The notes: generated by a model not told the origin, from the sequence alone. A stretch of 64,000 bases of DNA from Octopus sinensis (GCF_006345805.1 NC_043007.1:11656001-11720000), one strand, 5' to 3'; shown: positions 23,680-37,412, counted from the stretch's first letter. A program made the numbers and translations.

Positions 23680-24012
23680 GTTCAAAAACCTACTTGAATA
23701 TAAATATTTCATGTTTGTCACTGTATGATGTTGACATTAATAACTGACATTATGACAGGTCACACTGTGTTTTTGTAAACCTGTGGAATAAAGAAATCAC
23801 TTACTTGAACAAAAGGCAAAGATTGGCGACAGGCAACAGCATTAGGCCATAAAATCCTCCCGAAATAACTTCCTGTCTAAACCCATGGGGAGTTATTGAG
23901 GAAGATAGCAGATGTTATGCAAACAAACAAACAAACAAATGTAAATCTTCACTGATTGCATTTGTAATTTCATTTAGGTTATATTTTATATTACTTCTCT
24001 AAATTTGTGTCA

Positions 24013-24206
24013 TGCTCTATGTTTCTTTCAATTAATTTTAATTATATCAGAGAATTTAGTAAAATAACTTCATTATAATTAAGCTAGTGTTAGAAGCATA
24101 AATTGTGACTAAGGTGTGGTGGAAGATTTTAATTCAAAACTTAAGAAAACAAGGCATTTGTACTACAGAGCCAGGGGCAGTTCCAGCCGGGCTGGTAATG
24201 AAAGAG
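24013..24206. mobile_element. piggyBac-like MITE, left end missing
   Basis: Matches the 7060 family; ends GGTAATGAAAGAG|TTAA. Confidence 0.7.
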
Positions 24207-24340
24207 TTAATGAACTTAGGCAGCAGTACACTCTTCTTTTATGCAAGGTTTTGTAGTTAAGAAGTTTGCATCCCAACCATGTAATTTTGGGTTCTGTCCC
24301 ACTGTACTGCACCTTGGTATTGCCAACGGTATACACGAGG

Positions 24341-24610
24341 GAATCACATGACCAACCAGGCTATCAGATGCTGCTACACATCACTGGCCACAATGTGCTT
24401 CGCATTGCTTTAGCCTTCAAATTATGCCACCCCGCTGGCTAAGTGAGCAGGCCAACAGAAGAAAGAGTGAAAGAAAGTTGTGGCGAAAGAGTACAGCAGG
24501 GATCGCCACCACCTCCTGCTGGGGCCTCGTGGAGCTTTAGGTGTTTTCGCTCAATAAACACTCAGAACGCCTGGTCTGGGAATCAAAACCGCGATCCTAC
24601 GACCGCGAGT
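24341..24610 (-). mobile_element. SINE family C, tail type T4, head truncated
   Basis: C core plus a distinct tail; stops abruptly at the 24608 palindrome. Confidence 0.85.
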
Positions 24611-24635
24611 ATATCACGTGATCACGTGATATACT
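24608..24635. other. Perfect 28-bp palindrome containing two CACGTG E-boxes
   Basis: AGTATATCACGTGA|TCACGTGATATACT. Confidence 0.95.
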
Positions 24636-25481
24636 GGCACTATTGTTAACCGTTATCAGCAGGTACACACTTGTTTGTATTGGAGAAACATTTATTATTA
24701 AATAATTCGTGTTCTATGATTTAGATATCAAATGTGAAATACATGCATACAAGTTTATATGCCCATTTATAAGCAAGTCAGATCAACAATACAGCAGATA
24801 TAGAATTTATTCATGCATTTTCAAACTGAGACAACCCCTCCCCCCCACTTCAACCCTGCTTCAGTTAAAGCTTTGGGTTGGTTGTTTTCATTGCGGAGAA
24901 GACTTACGAGCGTAAATTCATAGTAGAAACGGAGTGAAGCCTCACCTTTCAATTGATGTATACCTGTGTGAATATTTGTGTGTTTGTTTGCTTGTGTGTG
25001 TATCTGTGTGTGTGTGTGTGTGTGTGTGTACACAAATCCATGTGATATTAACTGGCTTAACTTCATCCTTACCTTTGTTGCTTCTCGACATTGCCATAAC
25101 TCTATAAATCTTCATCAACTCATCTATTCTCATTAACTATGTATCTCCAACATTATCTTCCTACTCCAGACACTTCTCCACATACCCACTTCTCTCTCTC
25201 TCTCTCTCTCTTACAATACACGCTTCTCTGTCAAACTTTCCCCCTTCTTTACTTCTCTCTTTTCAGTATTACTGTATATTGCGTCTAATCTCCTGTTGAA
25301 CATTTTCACTCATTCTCTTACCCAATCTTTTATTCTGCTGACCATTGCTTTGCTATGCAAAATTATCAGCTCTTAGATCACCATATTAACTATACTGAGC
25401 GCATTCTTCCTTCTCATAATTTTGAATCCAAGTCAGTCATCTCAAAATATGTGCAAAATAACCTTTCTTCTGTCTTCACCT

Positions 25482-25755
25482 GTACACACTGACTTTTCCC
25501 TTATCCAAGAATGTACCCAGTGACCTTTTTCTTACCTGAGACTGTACCCTATGACTTTTCCAGTACACAGTGACCTTTTCCATTAAACAGTTCAGAATGA
25601 CCTTCTTTATACCTTAAACTGCACATGATAGTTTTTCTTCTGTCTTAGACTGTACTCAGTGACCTTTCTCATTTGGTTGTACTCAGTGACCTTTCTTAGA
25701 CTATACTCAGTGACCTTGTACTTCAAACAGTACCAAGTGACCTTTCTTCTTAGAC
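25482..25755. repeat. Degenerate minisatellite of (TTAGAC)TGTACTCAGTGACCTTT units
   Basis: TGACCTT recurs 7 times at irregular spacing. Confidence 0.75.
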
Positions 25756-26717
25756 AGAATTCAACGATATTTTTGGCACCTTAGATTGTCTTTAAAGCCC
25801 TTCCTTCAATGTTCTATGAACTACAGGAAAATAAATCTTCAATAACTGCAGTTTGGTGTATGTAACACCAAGTTTGGAATGCTATGACATTGAGTTGTTT
25901 TTCTTAATAAGGATTATAGGAAAACATAATCAATATTCACCAAAATGCAGAATTAGTTATTTGAGTCAGGTATTAAAATAACCTCTTTATGAATGGTGGT
26001 GGGGAGTAGCTGTTGAATCTTTCTTTCTCAGAATGCAAAACATGTTTACTTAGAACTACTGTAGACAGCTGAAAGTCCATATTAGATGAACAGAACCTGT
26101 ATAATCAGGAAAAAGATAAAAAATATTTTGTCAAAATAATGAGCTTAGAAAGAAGTCATCTGAAATTGTTTACCAGTTGTCATACTGAAGAATATATCGA
26201 ATTTAAGATAGGTTATGCACTAAATTAGAAACATTTATTTTTAAGGAAATTAAAAAATTATATATATATATATTATATGATTATTCTTAAGTTTAGCTGG
26301 ACACTGTAAGGTAGCGCTAAGTATTTTATGGATTGAACCAAAATTTATGAATTTACCTAATCACTTTGGTTAGTAACTAATAATGCTCTTGAGAGAGTTG
26401 AGAATGTCACACATGTATTTGCCTCTTAGCAGACAAATATATGTGTGACATTCTGTTAATCTAGTGACATCCATATAAGGAAATCAATATGTGCATTAGA
26501 ATGATAACTGTAGCACCAAGGATAGGCAGCACAATATAGCTTATAGAATTCGATTCAGTGTCATATATACTTCATATACTTATTATCCTTCCAGGGTTAT
26601 TAAAATTAGCACCTGATGAACTTACATAATTGACTTGCCTGCTCCCTTCAAAATTGCTAGCCTTGTATGTAAACTAGAATGAACCATTATATTATTATCA
26701 TTTTTATTATTGTTATT

Positions 26718-26930
26718 AAGGTAGCAACCTAACAATTGTTAGCTTGCTGGGCAAAATCCTTAGCAGCATTTCATCCGTCTTTACGTTCTGAGTTGAAGCT
26801 TCACTGAGGTTGACTTTGACTTTCTTCCTTTCAGGGTCAATAAAATAAGTACCTGTTGAACATTGGGATCTATGTAATTGACTCAACCTCACCCCCAAAA
26901 TTACTGGCCTTATGCCAAAATTTGAAACCA
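26718..26930 (+). mobile_element. SINE family A', decayed
   Basis: A head, B-box remnant, A' tail, (ATT)n. Confidence 0.8.
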
Positions 26931-26951
26931 TTATTATTATTATTATTATTA

Positions 26952-27490
26952 TTGAATGAGAGAACAGTGCATGCCATCAAAGTAACACTGAGGTAAAATA
27001 TACGAAGCCCAGTATACCCATAATGATTACCCATCTGATAAGGGTACACAAGGTACATGCATCACAACCATATGTGTGCGATATGATGGTCTCATATCAA
27101 GATTAACAGTGCATGACCTTGCAGGTGGGGTCCAGTTAGAATTTTCTTCAGGTTGAGTAACCCATCCCACTCAAAAGGTCCCTGAATAAGGGTTGTTTAA
27201 GGATGTTGAACGAACCACCCATGTTTCCAGAGGTGAATTATTCAAACCCCAAAGCATTCCTCTCAACACATGGCTATGATGCTCCCCCACTACTTCTGCT
27301 CATGATCAGAGATGCACATATCGTCAGCCACGAAGGGACATGGTCGACTGGTTAAGGTCAAACAAGTGACATACAAATCTGTGGAATTGAGCAGAATATT
27401 TGCTGTAGCCCATCTTTTCTACCAAGAGAAAACAATCAGTTAAGATCAGAAGCCATGAGAGCCACTGCCTAGTACTGAATCAGGGCATTT
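26952..27490 (+). mobile_element. Family G unclassified interspersed element
   Basis: Matches the reverse complement of 38819-39302; (ATT)n on both flanks; partial copy near 27775-27850. Confidence 0.8.
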
Positions 27491-27546
27491 ATTATCATTA
27501 TCATCATTCTTCTTCTTCTTATTATTATTATTATTGTTATTATTCA

Positions 27547-27756
27547 GACAGCAAGCTGGCCAAATTGTTAGCACGCTGGATGAAATGCTTAGCAATATTT
27601 TCCTATATTCTGAGTTCAAATTCTGCCAATGTTGAGTCTGCCTTTCATCCTTTTGGGGTTCAATAAATTAAGTACCAGTGAGACACTGGGGTCGATGTAA
27701 TCAACCATCGCCCTCCCACACAATTTCAGGCCTTGTGCCTATAGTAGAAAGGATTG
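27547..27756 (+). mobile_element. SINE family A'
   Basis: Head, B-box and A' tail. Confidence 0.8.
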
Positions 27757-27857
27757 TTATTATTATTACATGCTCAAGTGGTAAGGTCAAACAGCCGATG
27801 AGCAAATCTGTGGTATTGAGCAGAATATTTGCTGTAGCTCATCTTTTATACTTATTA

Positions 27858-27897
<40 letters not shown>

Positions 27898-29447
27898 CAT
27901 CATTATTGTTTTAAAATTGTTTAGATTGATGTATTTGAGAGATTCTCCACTCCTTATATACTGACAAGTTATCGATTAATTGCTTTCACCGTTTTAGTGT
28001 TTTTCAGTTTAACACATTTTGTCATATATGTGGGTTTGTGTTTTTTTTTAATGTTTTTTTTCTTCTTTGTATTAAAGGTAAATTAATGCTTTTAAAATAT
28101 AAAATATCTTATTTAAAACTAATAGTTGTAAACAAAGATTTTTCTGACTTACTTTTATTTACGATGCACTAAAGTAATAATGATATCTCTCTCTCTCTCA
28201 CTCTTTCCTCCCACCCATCCACATTGTATTTTAGCTTTGCAGTTTCTTTCCCCAGTCTGTGAGCATTAATTGATTATTATTGTAGCTGGACATAAAATAC
28301 TTTCTGCCCGTTTCTATTTAAATCTTTCTTCTCACCATTATTAAAAAATTTTTTTTTTTTCAAACTTCAATTAGAACAATCAGGAAAGAAGAGTCTTGCT
28401 TATTTATGATAAGGACAAATCTTTTATTTCCAACAATGAAAACAAAAAATATAGAACACACGAGAGAGACAGAGACAGAGACACAGAGAGAGAGGCAGAC
28501 AGACAGAGACATAGAGAGAGGGTAAGGAGGAAGGGCAGAAGAAGAATTTGAAAATAAGCTAATGGAGAGACAAATGAATATTTAAGATGTCCAATTTTAA
28601 ATGAATATTTAAAATGTCTAATTTTTCAATTATATTTCATTCTGAGAAAGCAGAATCTTGTGTCATATAAATTGCCGTCTTTAATGTTACAGTAGTAAAA
28701 TGACAAATTTGTGATTTTCATTCCAGCAAAAGTATAAGGAATTCCAATTGTGTCGAGATTAGACAATAATTAAAATCTTATCAGGCATGGAGATAATTAA
28801 TCAATACAATAGTTTCTTGGCATCAAAGATTTTTCGCTTTCAGTGATTTGGAAAAACATTAAGGTTCTTTTGCTAGCCATTAGAAGGAAATTCTTCATTC
28901 AACTGTGATAATCAGATTTGCCTGTCAGCTATATTATAGGCCATTAACTTTCTCTAAACTCCAACAGCATTCATAAAATATTCTTAACAAAACCCTTTTT
29001 ACTGCTTCCAAATTTCAAGAGCAAATAACCAGGCGCCGTTATCTATTCCTTCTAGTATTTATTTATTTCTTTTGATTCCCATTTGTGGGCAAGAATGAAT
29101 TCATTAGTATATAACAAGACTGCTAATAATTATTCTTCACCTCCTCCCATACAGATATGATCAGATAACATTCTCTGTCTCTCTCAATTCTTCTCTTTTT
29201 CTTTAGATTTTCTTTTGTATTTTTTTTTACTTTTTATTTTTTTTTGGTTTCAGTCATTGAACTGTGACAATGTCTGAGGACCACCTCCATCGTTATAGTC
29301 AATTAATTATGTCAGCCTCAGTGTATGACAACTACTCCTCAGAAAGGAGGACGGGCAAAGTCAACCTGGGCAGGCTTGAACTCAAAACCTAGAAGAACAC
29401 AGCTAAATGTCACATGGTACTCTAACCCTAGTGCTACCAATCTACTT

Positions 29448-29860
29448 CTCTTTTACTCTTTTACTTGTTTCAGTCATTTGACTGCGGCCATGCTGGAGCA
29501 CTGCCTTTAGTCAAACAAATCGACCCCCAGGACTCTTTGTAAGCCTTGTACTTATTCTATCAGTCTCTTTTTGCCGAACTGCTAAGTTACAGGGACGTAA
29601 ACACACCAGCATTAGTTGTCAAGCAATGTTGGGGAGACAACCACAGACATACAAACATATACACACACATACATACATATACATACATATATATACGACA
29701 GGATTCTTTCAGTTTCCGTCTACCAAATCCACTGACAAGGCTTTGGTCGGCCCGAGGCTAGAGTAGAAGACACTTGCCCAAGGTGCCACGCAGTGGGACT
29801 GAACCCGGAACCATGTGGTTCGTTAGCATGCTACTTACCACACAGTCACTCCTACGCCTA
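29448..29860 (-). mobile_element. SINE family B, full length
   Basis: Complete reverse complement of the B consensus. Confidence 0.9.
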
Positions 29861-30200
29861 TATATATATATATATAGTATATGATGTTCATCTGAAGTTT
29901 GAAACTGAAAGACAAGGTGTCCAAAGATGGTTAAAGACTTCTGTTTGCATAAATATATCTGGTCGGTAAAGCCGAGTTTGTTTGGGTTGGAGAAGAAGGA
30001 TGATCAGACAGTTTGATATGACTATTTACTATTCAACAACTATTATTACATTGATCATTCATGCTGCAAATAGCTTAAGTATGCCTCGGTGTTTATTTAT
30101 GAATTACTAAAAGCTAATAAATCAAAGATTTTTGTTGAAGTGTGATTCTTTCCACTTACAAGTACCATATGTACAACACATGCTGACACATATGTAACTT

Positions 30201-30380
30201 ATGCATGCATATATATATATATTTATATTTATTTATTGTCCTCTATTGCATTTTTGTTCTATTTTATATATATATATAAATATGTCTGTGTGCGTGTATA
30301 TATTTATGTGTGTTTATATATGTGTATATATATATATATATATACACACACACATATGTGTGTATGTATATGTATATATA

Positions 30381-30419
<39 letters not shown>

Positions 30420-30502
30420 CTGTCTGTGTATATATATATGTGTGTGTGTGTGTGTATATATATATGTGTGTGTGTGTATATATATATATATACATATATA
30501 TA

Positions 30503-30535
<33 letters not shown>

Positions 30536-30900
30536 GTATATATAGAGAGAAAGAGTGAGGGACATGCACACATATACACAAATATACTCACACTCAAACA
30601 CACAAATGCAAGCATGTATATGCAAATGTATAGATCGATGTGTATGGTGCATGTGTGTTTGTGTGTGTCTGTATGTGTGTGTGTATACTGTGAAAGAGAG
30701 AGAGAGAGAGACATACACACACAAGCACTCATATGGATAAACACACGCATGTATGTATATACATATATATATATAAGTGGACAGGCAGATAGACACACAC
30801 ACACACACACACACACACATGCATGCAAATACATGCATATATACATACGCACACATATATTTGTGCACATACACACACATAACAACACACACTCACCCAC
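30201..30900. repeat. Compound (TA)/(TG)/(CA)/(GA) microsatellite field
   Basis: Directly visible. Confidence 0.95.
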
Positions 30901-31514
30901 AAACACCCATTTCCATAAACTTTCACCTCTCCCAGAGCAGTAGGAGGTATGTTACAATATTCAGCAATATTCTTACTTGGATGTTACCAATTGATTTGAA
31001 ACAAATGTCGAACTGAAAAATAATCAAATTTCACTTTCAACACTTTACAAAATATTATTATTATTATTATTATTATTATTGCAATTCTTTTGTTTATTTC
31101 AAAGTTTAATTAACTCAGTGTGTAATTTGTTATGAAATTGAAACAATATACTTATAATGCACCAGATGGAACAATTTATTGAAACGACGGCTGCAATGAG
31201 TTGGGTTGTTGCAGTTGTTGTTGTTGTTGCTGCTGCTGTTATTGTTGTAGTCGTGGCAAAAGTAACGAGTGCAGGTTATTATTGCATGTGTTCATAAAAT
31301 TAACACAACAAAAGTATAGATTTGAAAAGTAATTTAAAACACACCACTTTCTTCCTCGTTCTTTCTCTCTCTTCTCTCTCTCTCTCTCTCTTCTCTCTCT
31401 CTTATTCGTCTTTCTGTCATTCTCGTATATATCTATATATACTGATAGATGAGTATATAATATATTCATACATGCATACATATATATACACACATTTGCA
31501 TGTGTAGGCTAATT

Positions 31515-31538
31515 TAGCTATCTGTCAGTCTGTCTATT

Positions 31539-31569
<31 letters not shown>

Positions 31570-31740
31570 CTATCTATCTGTCTGTCTCTCTGTCTGTCTG
31601 TCTGTCTGTGTAGCTTTCTGTCTGTCTGTTTATCTACCTGCCTATCTATTTCTCCATCTGTCTGTCTGCCTATTTGTTTATCTGATTATCTGTCTATTCA
31701 TCTTTCTCTCTCTCTTCCAACATTATATATGTATACTACG

Positions 31741-31816
<76 letters not shown>

Positions 31817-31990
31817 TGTCATTCTCTGTGTCTGTCTATCTATCTATCTATCTATCTGTCTGTCTGTCTGTCTATCCATCCATCCAACTATCTACCTGTC
31901 TGTTTGTCTGTATAGTGATGTCTTTCTATCTATTTGTCTATCTGTCTATCTGCTCTTCGTCTGCCTATCTGTCTATCCATCAATCTATCT
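31515..31990. repeat. (TCTA)/(TCTG) and (TA)n microsatellites
   Basis: Directly visible. Confidence 0.95.
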
Positions 31991-32205
31991 GCACACACAC
32001 ACACACACACATGTACGCACACTCTTGAACATGCGTGAACTGGTGGGCATGCACATATGCTTCCACGTATCTGCATGTGCACACTCACATGTTCTTTTGT
32101 GCATACAAGCATACCAGCTCCTATACTTACACACGAATATCATTTCGTGCACAAACACGCATATACACATTCATTGTGTCTGTTTTTCGGTGTGTGTCAG
32201 TGTGA

Positions 32206-32255
<50 letters not shown>

Positions 32256-32340
32256 ATCCATATACACACGTGAAACACTTGAATTCAAAAATCTGTCTTT
32301 CTTTGCCTTATTAATTTTATAAATGTACAGTATTGTATGT

Positions 32341-32446
32341 TATTACTACCATATTATTATTATTATCATTATTATTATTACTATTATTATTATTATCATC
32401 ATCATCATCATCATCATTATTATTATTATTAATGATGTTTCCATCA

Positions 32447-32492
<46 letters not shown>

Positions 32493-32565
32493 CATTATTA
32501 TTATTACTATTATTATTATCATCATCATTATTATTATTATTATTAATGATGTTTCCATCATCATC

Positions 32566-32596
<31 letters not shown>

Positions 32597-32866
32597 ATGT
32601 TTCTGTTATTGATATCGACTTTATGGTTGTTGGCGTTGTTGTAATGTTATTAATATTATTTATGTATTGATGTTGTTCACGCTTGTGAACATACATTAAC
32701 GAAGAAACAAACGAAAAAAAAATGAAATGGTGAAAAATTCTTTTTGAAATTGAAAATTATATGAATAAATGTTTCCCTTTTGTTGCATTAGCCTTTTCTG
32801 ATGTCAGCATCTGTAATTGTATTATTATTATTATTATTATGATTATTATTATTATTATGATTATTA

Positions 32867-32934
<68 letters not shown>

Positions 32935-32935
32935 T
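32341..32935. repeat. (ATT)/(ATC) trinucleotide fields with higher-order TTAATGATGTTTCC units
   Basis: Directly visible; two blocks (32341-32605 and 32820-32935). Confidence 0.95.
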
Positions 32936-33278
32936 ATCACCGGTTATGAGTGTTTGTGGTGCCGGCTCAGTTGAAAGAGAGCTCAAGTGAAGGTTGCTGT
33001 TGTTTAGCCCATGGTTTGCCCTGATCCTATAGACCAATGATCAAAGACATTTCACCACTGACAACTTTGTATCTCTTTTTTTTTTTTTTTATCAGGCAAA
33101 GTATGTCTAGGATTACATTATCCAATGTAGCCCTCTATATTATTATTATTGTGTTGTTGTTGTTGTATAGCTTGCAGGTTAGTTCTGATTAAGCTTACCT
33201 ACTACAAAAATGCATTCAGCCCATAGCAATTTCAACTTTTTTTTGTTCTGATGTAATGTGGCCACACAGCCACTCCTG

Positions 33279-33690
33279 TAGGCGCAGGTGTGGCTGTGTG
33301 GTAAGTAGCTTGCCTACCAACCACATGGTTCCGGGTTCAGTCCCACTGCGTGGCACTTTGGGCAAGTGTCTTCTACTATAGCCTCGGGCCAACCAAAGCC
33401 TTGTCAGTGGATTTGGTAGACGGAAACTGAAAGAAGCCTGTCGTAATATGTATATGTATGTATGTGTATGTGTGTGTTTTGTGTGGTCTGTGTTTGTCCC
33501 CCTAGCATTGCTTGACAACCGATGCTGGTGTGTGTGTTTATGTCCCCGTCATAGTGGTTCGGCAAAAGAGACCGATAGAATAAGTACTGGGCTTACAAAG
33601 AATAAGTCCCGGGGTCAAGTTGTCGATTAAAGGCGGTGGCGCTCCAGCATGGCCGTGGTCAAATGACTGAAACAAGTAAAATAGAGAGAG
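33279..33690 (+). mobile_element. SINE family B, full length, young
   Basis: TAGGCGCAGG head to GAAACAAGTAAAA end; CpGs retained. Confidence 0.92.
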
Positions 33691-33789
33691 AATGCACCTT
33701 GGGCTACATCAATCAATGTGTCCTTCATATTTTAAGACTGTAAGCTGTGCTTTGATGAAGACTTAGCTACTATTTTGAGGAGAGGGGGT

Positions 33790-34087
33790 TAGTCAGTACC
33801 AGTGAACCTCACCTCCCAGTAGATAGCTGGTTCTGTATTTTATCAAGGCCTCGAGGATGAAAACCAAAGTTGACTTCAATGGGATTTGAACTCAGAACGC
33901 TAAGTGCTGGAACATGCACCACAAAGCATTTATTCAGATCACTGCCTTTAATAATTGTTTCGAATTTAGGAACAAAGTCAACAATGTCAAGAAGAGGATT
34001 TTGCTGACCCCCAGTACATGACTGATACAGTCTTTTATCAATGCCCAGAGGGATGAAAGCAAAGTTTATCTTGGCAGGATTTGAACG
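33790..34087 (-). mobile_element. Two decayed SINE A' fragments
   Basis: Two GATTTGAAC(T/G)CA B-box complements with A' tail remnants. Confidence 0.65.
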
Positions 34088-34280
34088 CACACACACATAC
34101 ACAGACACACAAGCACACACACACACACACACAGGCATACATCCACATACATATACATGTATACACACAAACACATGTAGATGTACACACACACACACTG
34201 ACATATAGATGTACACACTAACACATATGTAATTAATTATTTGTAAGATTCATCTGAACCAAGGTGTTTTAATAATAATA

Positions 34281-34524
34281 TAGGAGCACTCCGTCGGTTG
34301 CGACGATGAGGGTCCCAGCTGATACGATCAACGGAACAGCTTGCTCGTTATATTAACGTGCAAGTGGCTGAGCACTCCACAGACACGTGTACCCTTAACG
34401 TAGTTCTCGGGGAGATTCAGCGTGACACACAGAATGTGACAAGGCTGGCCCTTTGAAATACAGGTACAAGAGAAACAGGAAGAAAGAGTGAGAGAAAGTT
34501 GTGATGAAAGAGTACAGCAGGGTT
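34281..34524 (-). mobile_element. SINE family C, tail T2, 5'-truncated
   Basis: Matches 9475-9715. Confidence 0.85.
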
Positions 34525-34744
34525 ACCATGGAGTGGGTCTGAACCTATAACCACATGAATGCAAATTGACCCCACTTAACCACACAGCCATGCCTGCGTT
34601 CAATTTTATGATGTTGTACAAAAATAAGATTTTAGTGAACGACTTATGGTTCAGTGTGGATTCCCTATTGGAAATGGATTCATTTCCATGAAGCTATCAA
34701 CAATACCTTTGAGAACATCACGCAATTCAACATTACTGCTCCAT

Positions 34745-34817
34745 ATATGTATGTATGTATGCGTGTGCATGTGTGTGTGTGTATGTATATATATATATAT
34801 GTGTGTGTGTGTGTATG

Positions 34818-34850
<33 letters not shown>

Positions 34851-35203
34851 ATATATATGTATGTATATATATATATATTTAGGTGTATATATATGTATAT
34901 ATATATATATATATTGTATGTATATATATATATGTATATATATATATATTATGTATCTATATATATATATATGTAGGTATATATATATGTATGGTATATA
35001 TATGTATGATATATATATAATATATATTGTGTGTATATATATGTATGTATATATATATTATATATGTATTATATATATGTATATATATGTATAGTATGTA
35101 TATGTGATATATATATATATGCATATATATATTATATATATGTATATATATATGTATATATATATGTATATATATGTGTATATATATATATAGGTATATA
35201 TAT

Positions 35204-35252
<49 letters not shown>

Positions 35253-35322
35253 GCATGTATATATGTATGATAATCTATGTCTCTATATATATCTATATAT
35301 ATATATATATATATATATATAA
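34745..35322. repeat. Compound (TA)/(TG) microsatellite
   Basis: Directly visible. Confidence 0.98.
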
Positions 35323-35760
35323 TCTTTAAATGATTCAAGGTGCAGGAAGGGACTTCTCCATTAAACAAATCTAAAAAAAAAAACAAAAAGGAAAAACTGC
35401 TTTTTTTCCTTTTTTCATTTCTAGTTACAACACAAACATTTTTTTTTTTTCAAGGGGGGAAAACTGAGAATCACAATTTACCCACCTCTTCTTTTATAAT
35501 GCAAAAGGTTTTATGCTTTGGCAAGAAATTATTACTATTATTAAAAGAATGTGATGGATGGAATGGCAAGATTGATAGAGTCATGGATAAAATATACCTT
35601 CATGTTTTTTTTCTTTTCTTTTTTGGGTTCCTTTTCAAGTTTTTGTTCCTTTATATTTTTCTTTTCTAAGTTTGAATGTTGCTGAGCTCAACTTGGCTTT
35701 TCATCCTTTTATTTTCAATAAAATAGGCACCAGTTAAGTACTGAGATTGATCTGATACAC

Positions 35761-35781
35761 ATGTGTGCGTGTGTGTGTGTA

Positions 35782-35823
<42 letters not shown>

Positions 35824-36118
35824 GGTGTGTGTGTGTTGGTGGGTGTGTATGTATATATACATGCATACACATGTGTATATATATATGTATGTATATACAT
35901 ACATAAATATACATATATATATATACATACAAAAATACATATACATATATACACATATACATACATGTACACACATATAATATACATGTGTACATATACA
36001 TATATACATACGTACATATACATATATATATATTCATACATAAATACATATACATATATACACATATACATACATGTACACACATATAATATAGATGTGT
36101 ACATATACATATATATAT

Positions 36119-36159
<41 letters not shown>

Positions 36160-36348
36160 CACATGTGTATGCATGTACATATGTATATATATTTATGTAT
36201 ATCATCATCATCATCATCATTTAGCGTCCGCTTTCCATGTATATCTATATGTATATGCATGTGTATGTATATCTATATGTATATGCATATATATGTATAT
36301 GTTTGTATGTATATATATGTGTATGTGTATACATGTGTATGTATATAT
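35761..36348. repeat. Compound (TG)/(TA)/(CA) microsatellite with a short E-tail remnant at ~36200-36238
   Basis: Directly visible. Confidence 0.95.
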
Positions 36349-36574
36349 AGAACAGCTTTCCATTTAAATATGTCATAGGGAAAACATGACTGTCTTTAGT
36401 GCAACACATCCTTGTGTATGACATATGCTGTTGCATGGTTGTGATACATTTACATTGAATGCAAAGTCTGGGAGGAAATTAGGGGAGCATGCTCTGCTGG
36501 ATGTGAAATGTTTGTGTGCATAGCCATCAAAGTGTTTATATGCTGTGAGAAAGAATAAAAGGATGTGGCAAGAT

Positions 36575-36735
36575 GCTGTGCTGCAGATTTCATCCACTCC
36601 ATGCAAGCATTCCTGACTACATGGCTCTGAGTTCAGTCCCACTGCATGGCACCTTGGACAAATATTTTCTGCTGCGGTCCTGGCCTAACCAAAACCAACC
36701 CCTTGTGAGTGGATTTGGCAGACAGAAACTGAAGG
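36575..36735 (+). mobile_element. SINE family B 5' half, interrupted by an A insertion
   Basis: B head and core up to AGAAACTGAAGG. Confidence 0.8.
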
Positions 36736-36965
36736 GCGGCGAGCTGGCAGAAACATTAGCATGCCGGGTGAAATGCGTAGCCGTATTTCATCTGCTGTTA
36801 CGTTCTGAGTTCAAATTCTGCCGAGGTCGACTTTGCCTTTCATACTTTCGGGGTCGATAAATTAAGTACCAGTTACGCACTGGGGTCGATATAATCGACT
36901 TAATCTGTGTGTCTGTCCTTGTTTGTTCCCTCTGTGTTTAGCCCCTTGTGGGTAGTAAAGAAATA
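36736..36965 (+). mobile_element. SINE family A, full length with TSD
   Basis: 12-bp TSD AGAAACTGAAGG at 36724-36735 and 36966-36977. Confidence 0.92.
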
Positions 36966-37024
36966 AGAAACTGAAGGAAGTGTGTTTGTGCGTGTGTGTG
37001 TGAGTATTATTATTATTATTATTA

Positions 37025-37412
37025 TGTGTGTTTTGTGACTCTTTGTCTCAGTATGTCATGATTGTTGTAAATGAGTGTCACCATCATACAAGCGGTGTTG
37101 TTCATTTCCAATATTCTGCAAAAGGTGTCTGGTCATGGGGAAATATTTTGCTTGGAAACAGGTGAGGGTTATGGACACAAAGGTCATTCAACCATAGAAA
37201 GTCTGCTTCAATAAACTCTATCTCACCCATGAAACATGGAAATGTGGATGTTAAAATGATAATGATGGTGATGTACATCACCATTGTTTAGTATCTACCT
37301 CTCCACGCTTCCATGGGTCAGACAAAACTTGTTGAGGCAGATTTTCTACAACCAGAGGCTCTTCCTGTTGCTACCTTTCACCTGTTTCAAAGCAGGGTAA
37401 TATTTCACTTAG
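37025..37412. mobile_element. Two family I copies tail-to-tail (37025-37272 +, 37290-37412 -)
   Basis: Match 20117-20380. Confidence 0.75.

Noticed and set aside
34636-34748. Exon-like unique segment (..WIPYWKW.., superficially like the tyrosinase/hemocyanin PYWDW motif)
   Set aside because: The acceptor lacks a pyrimidine tract, the donor coincides with a microsatellite start, the key Asp is absent, and there are no supporting exons.
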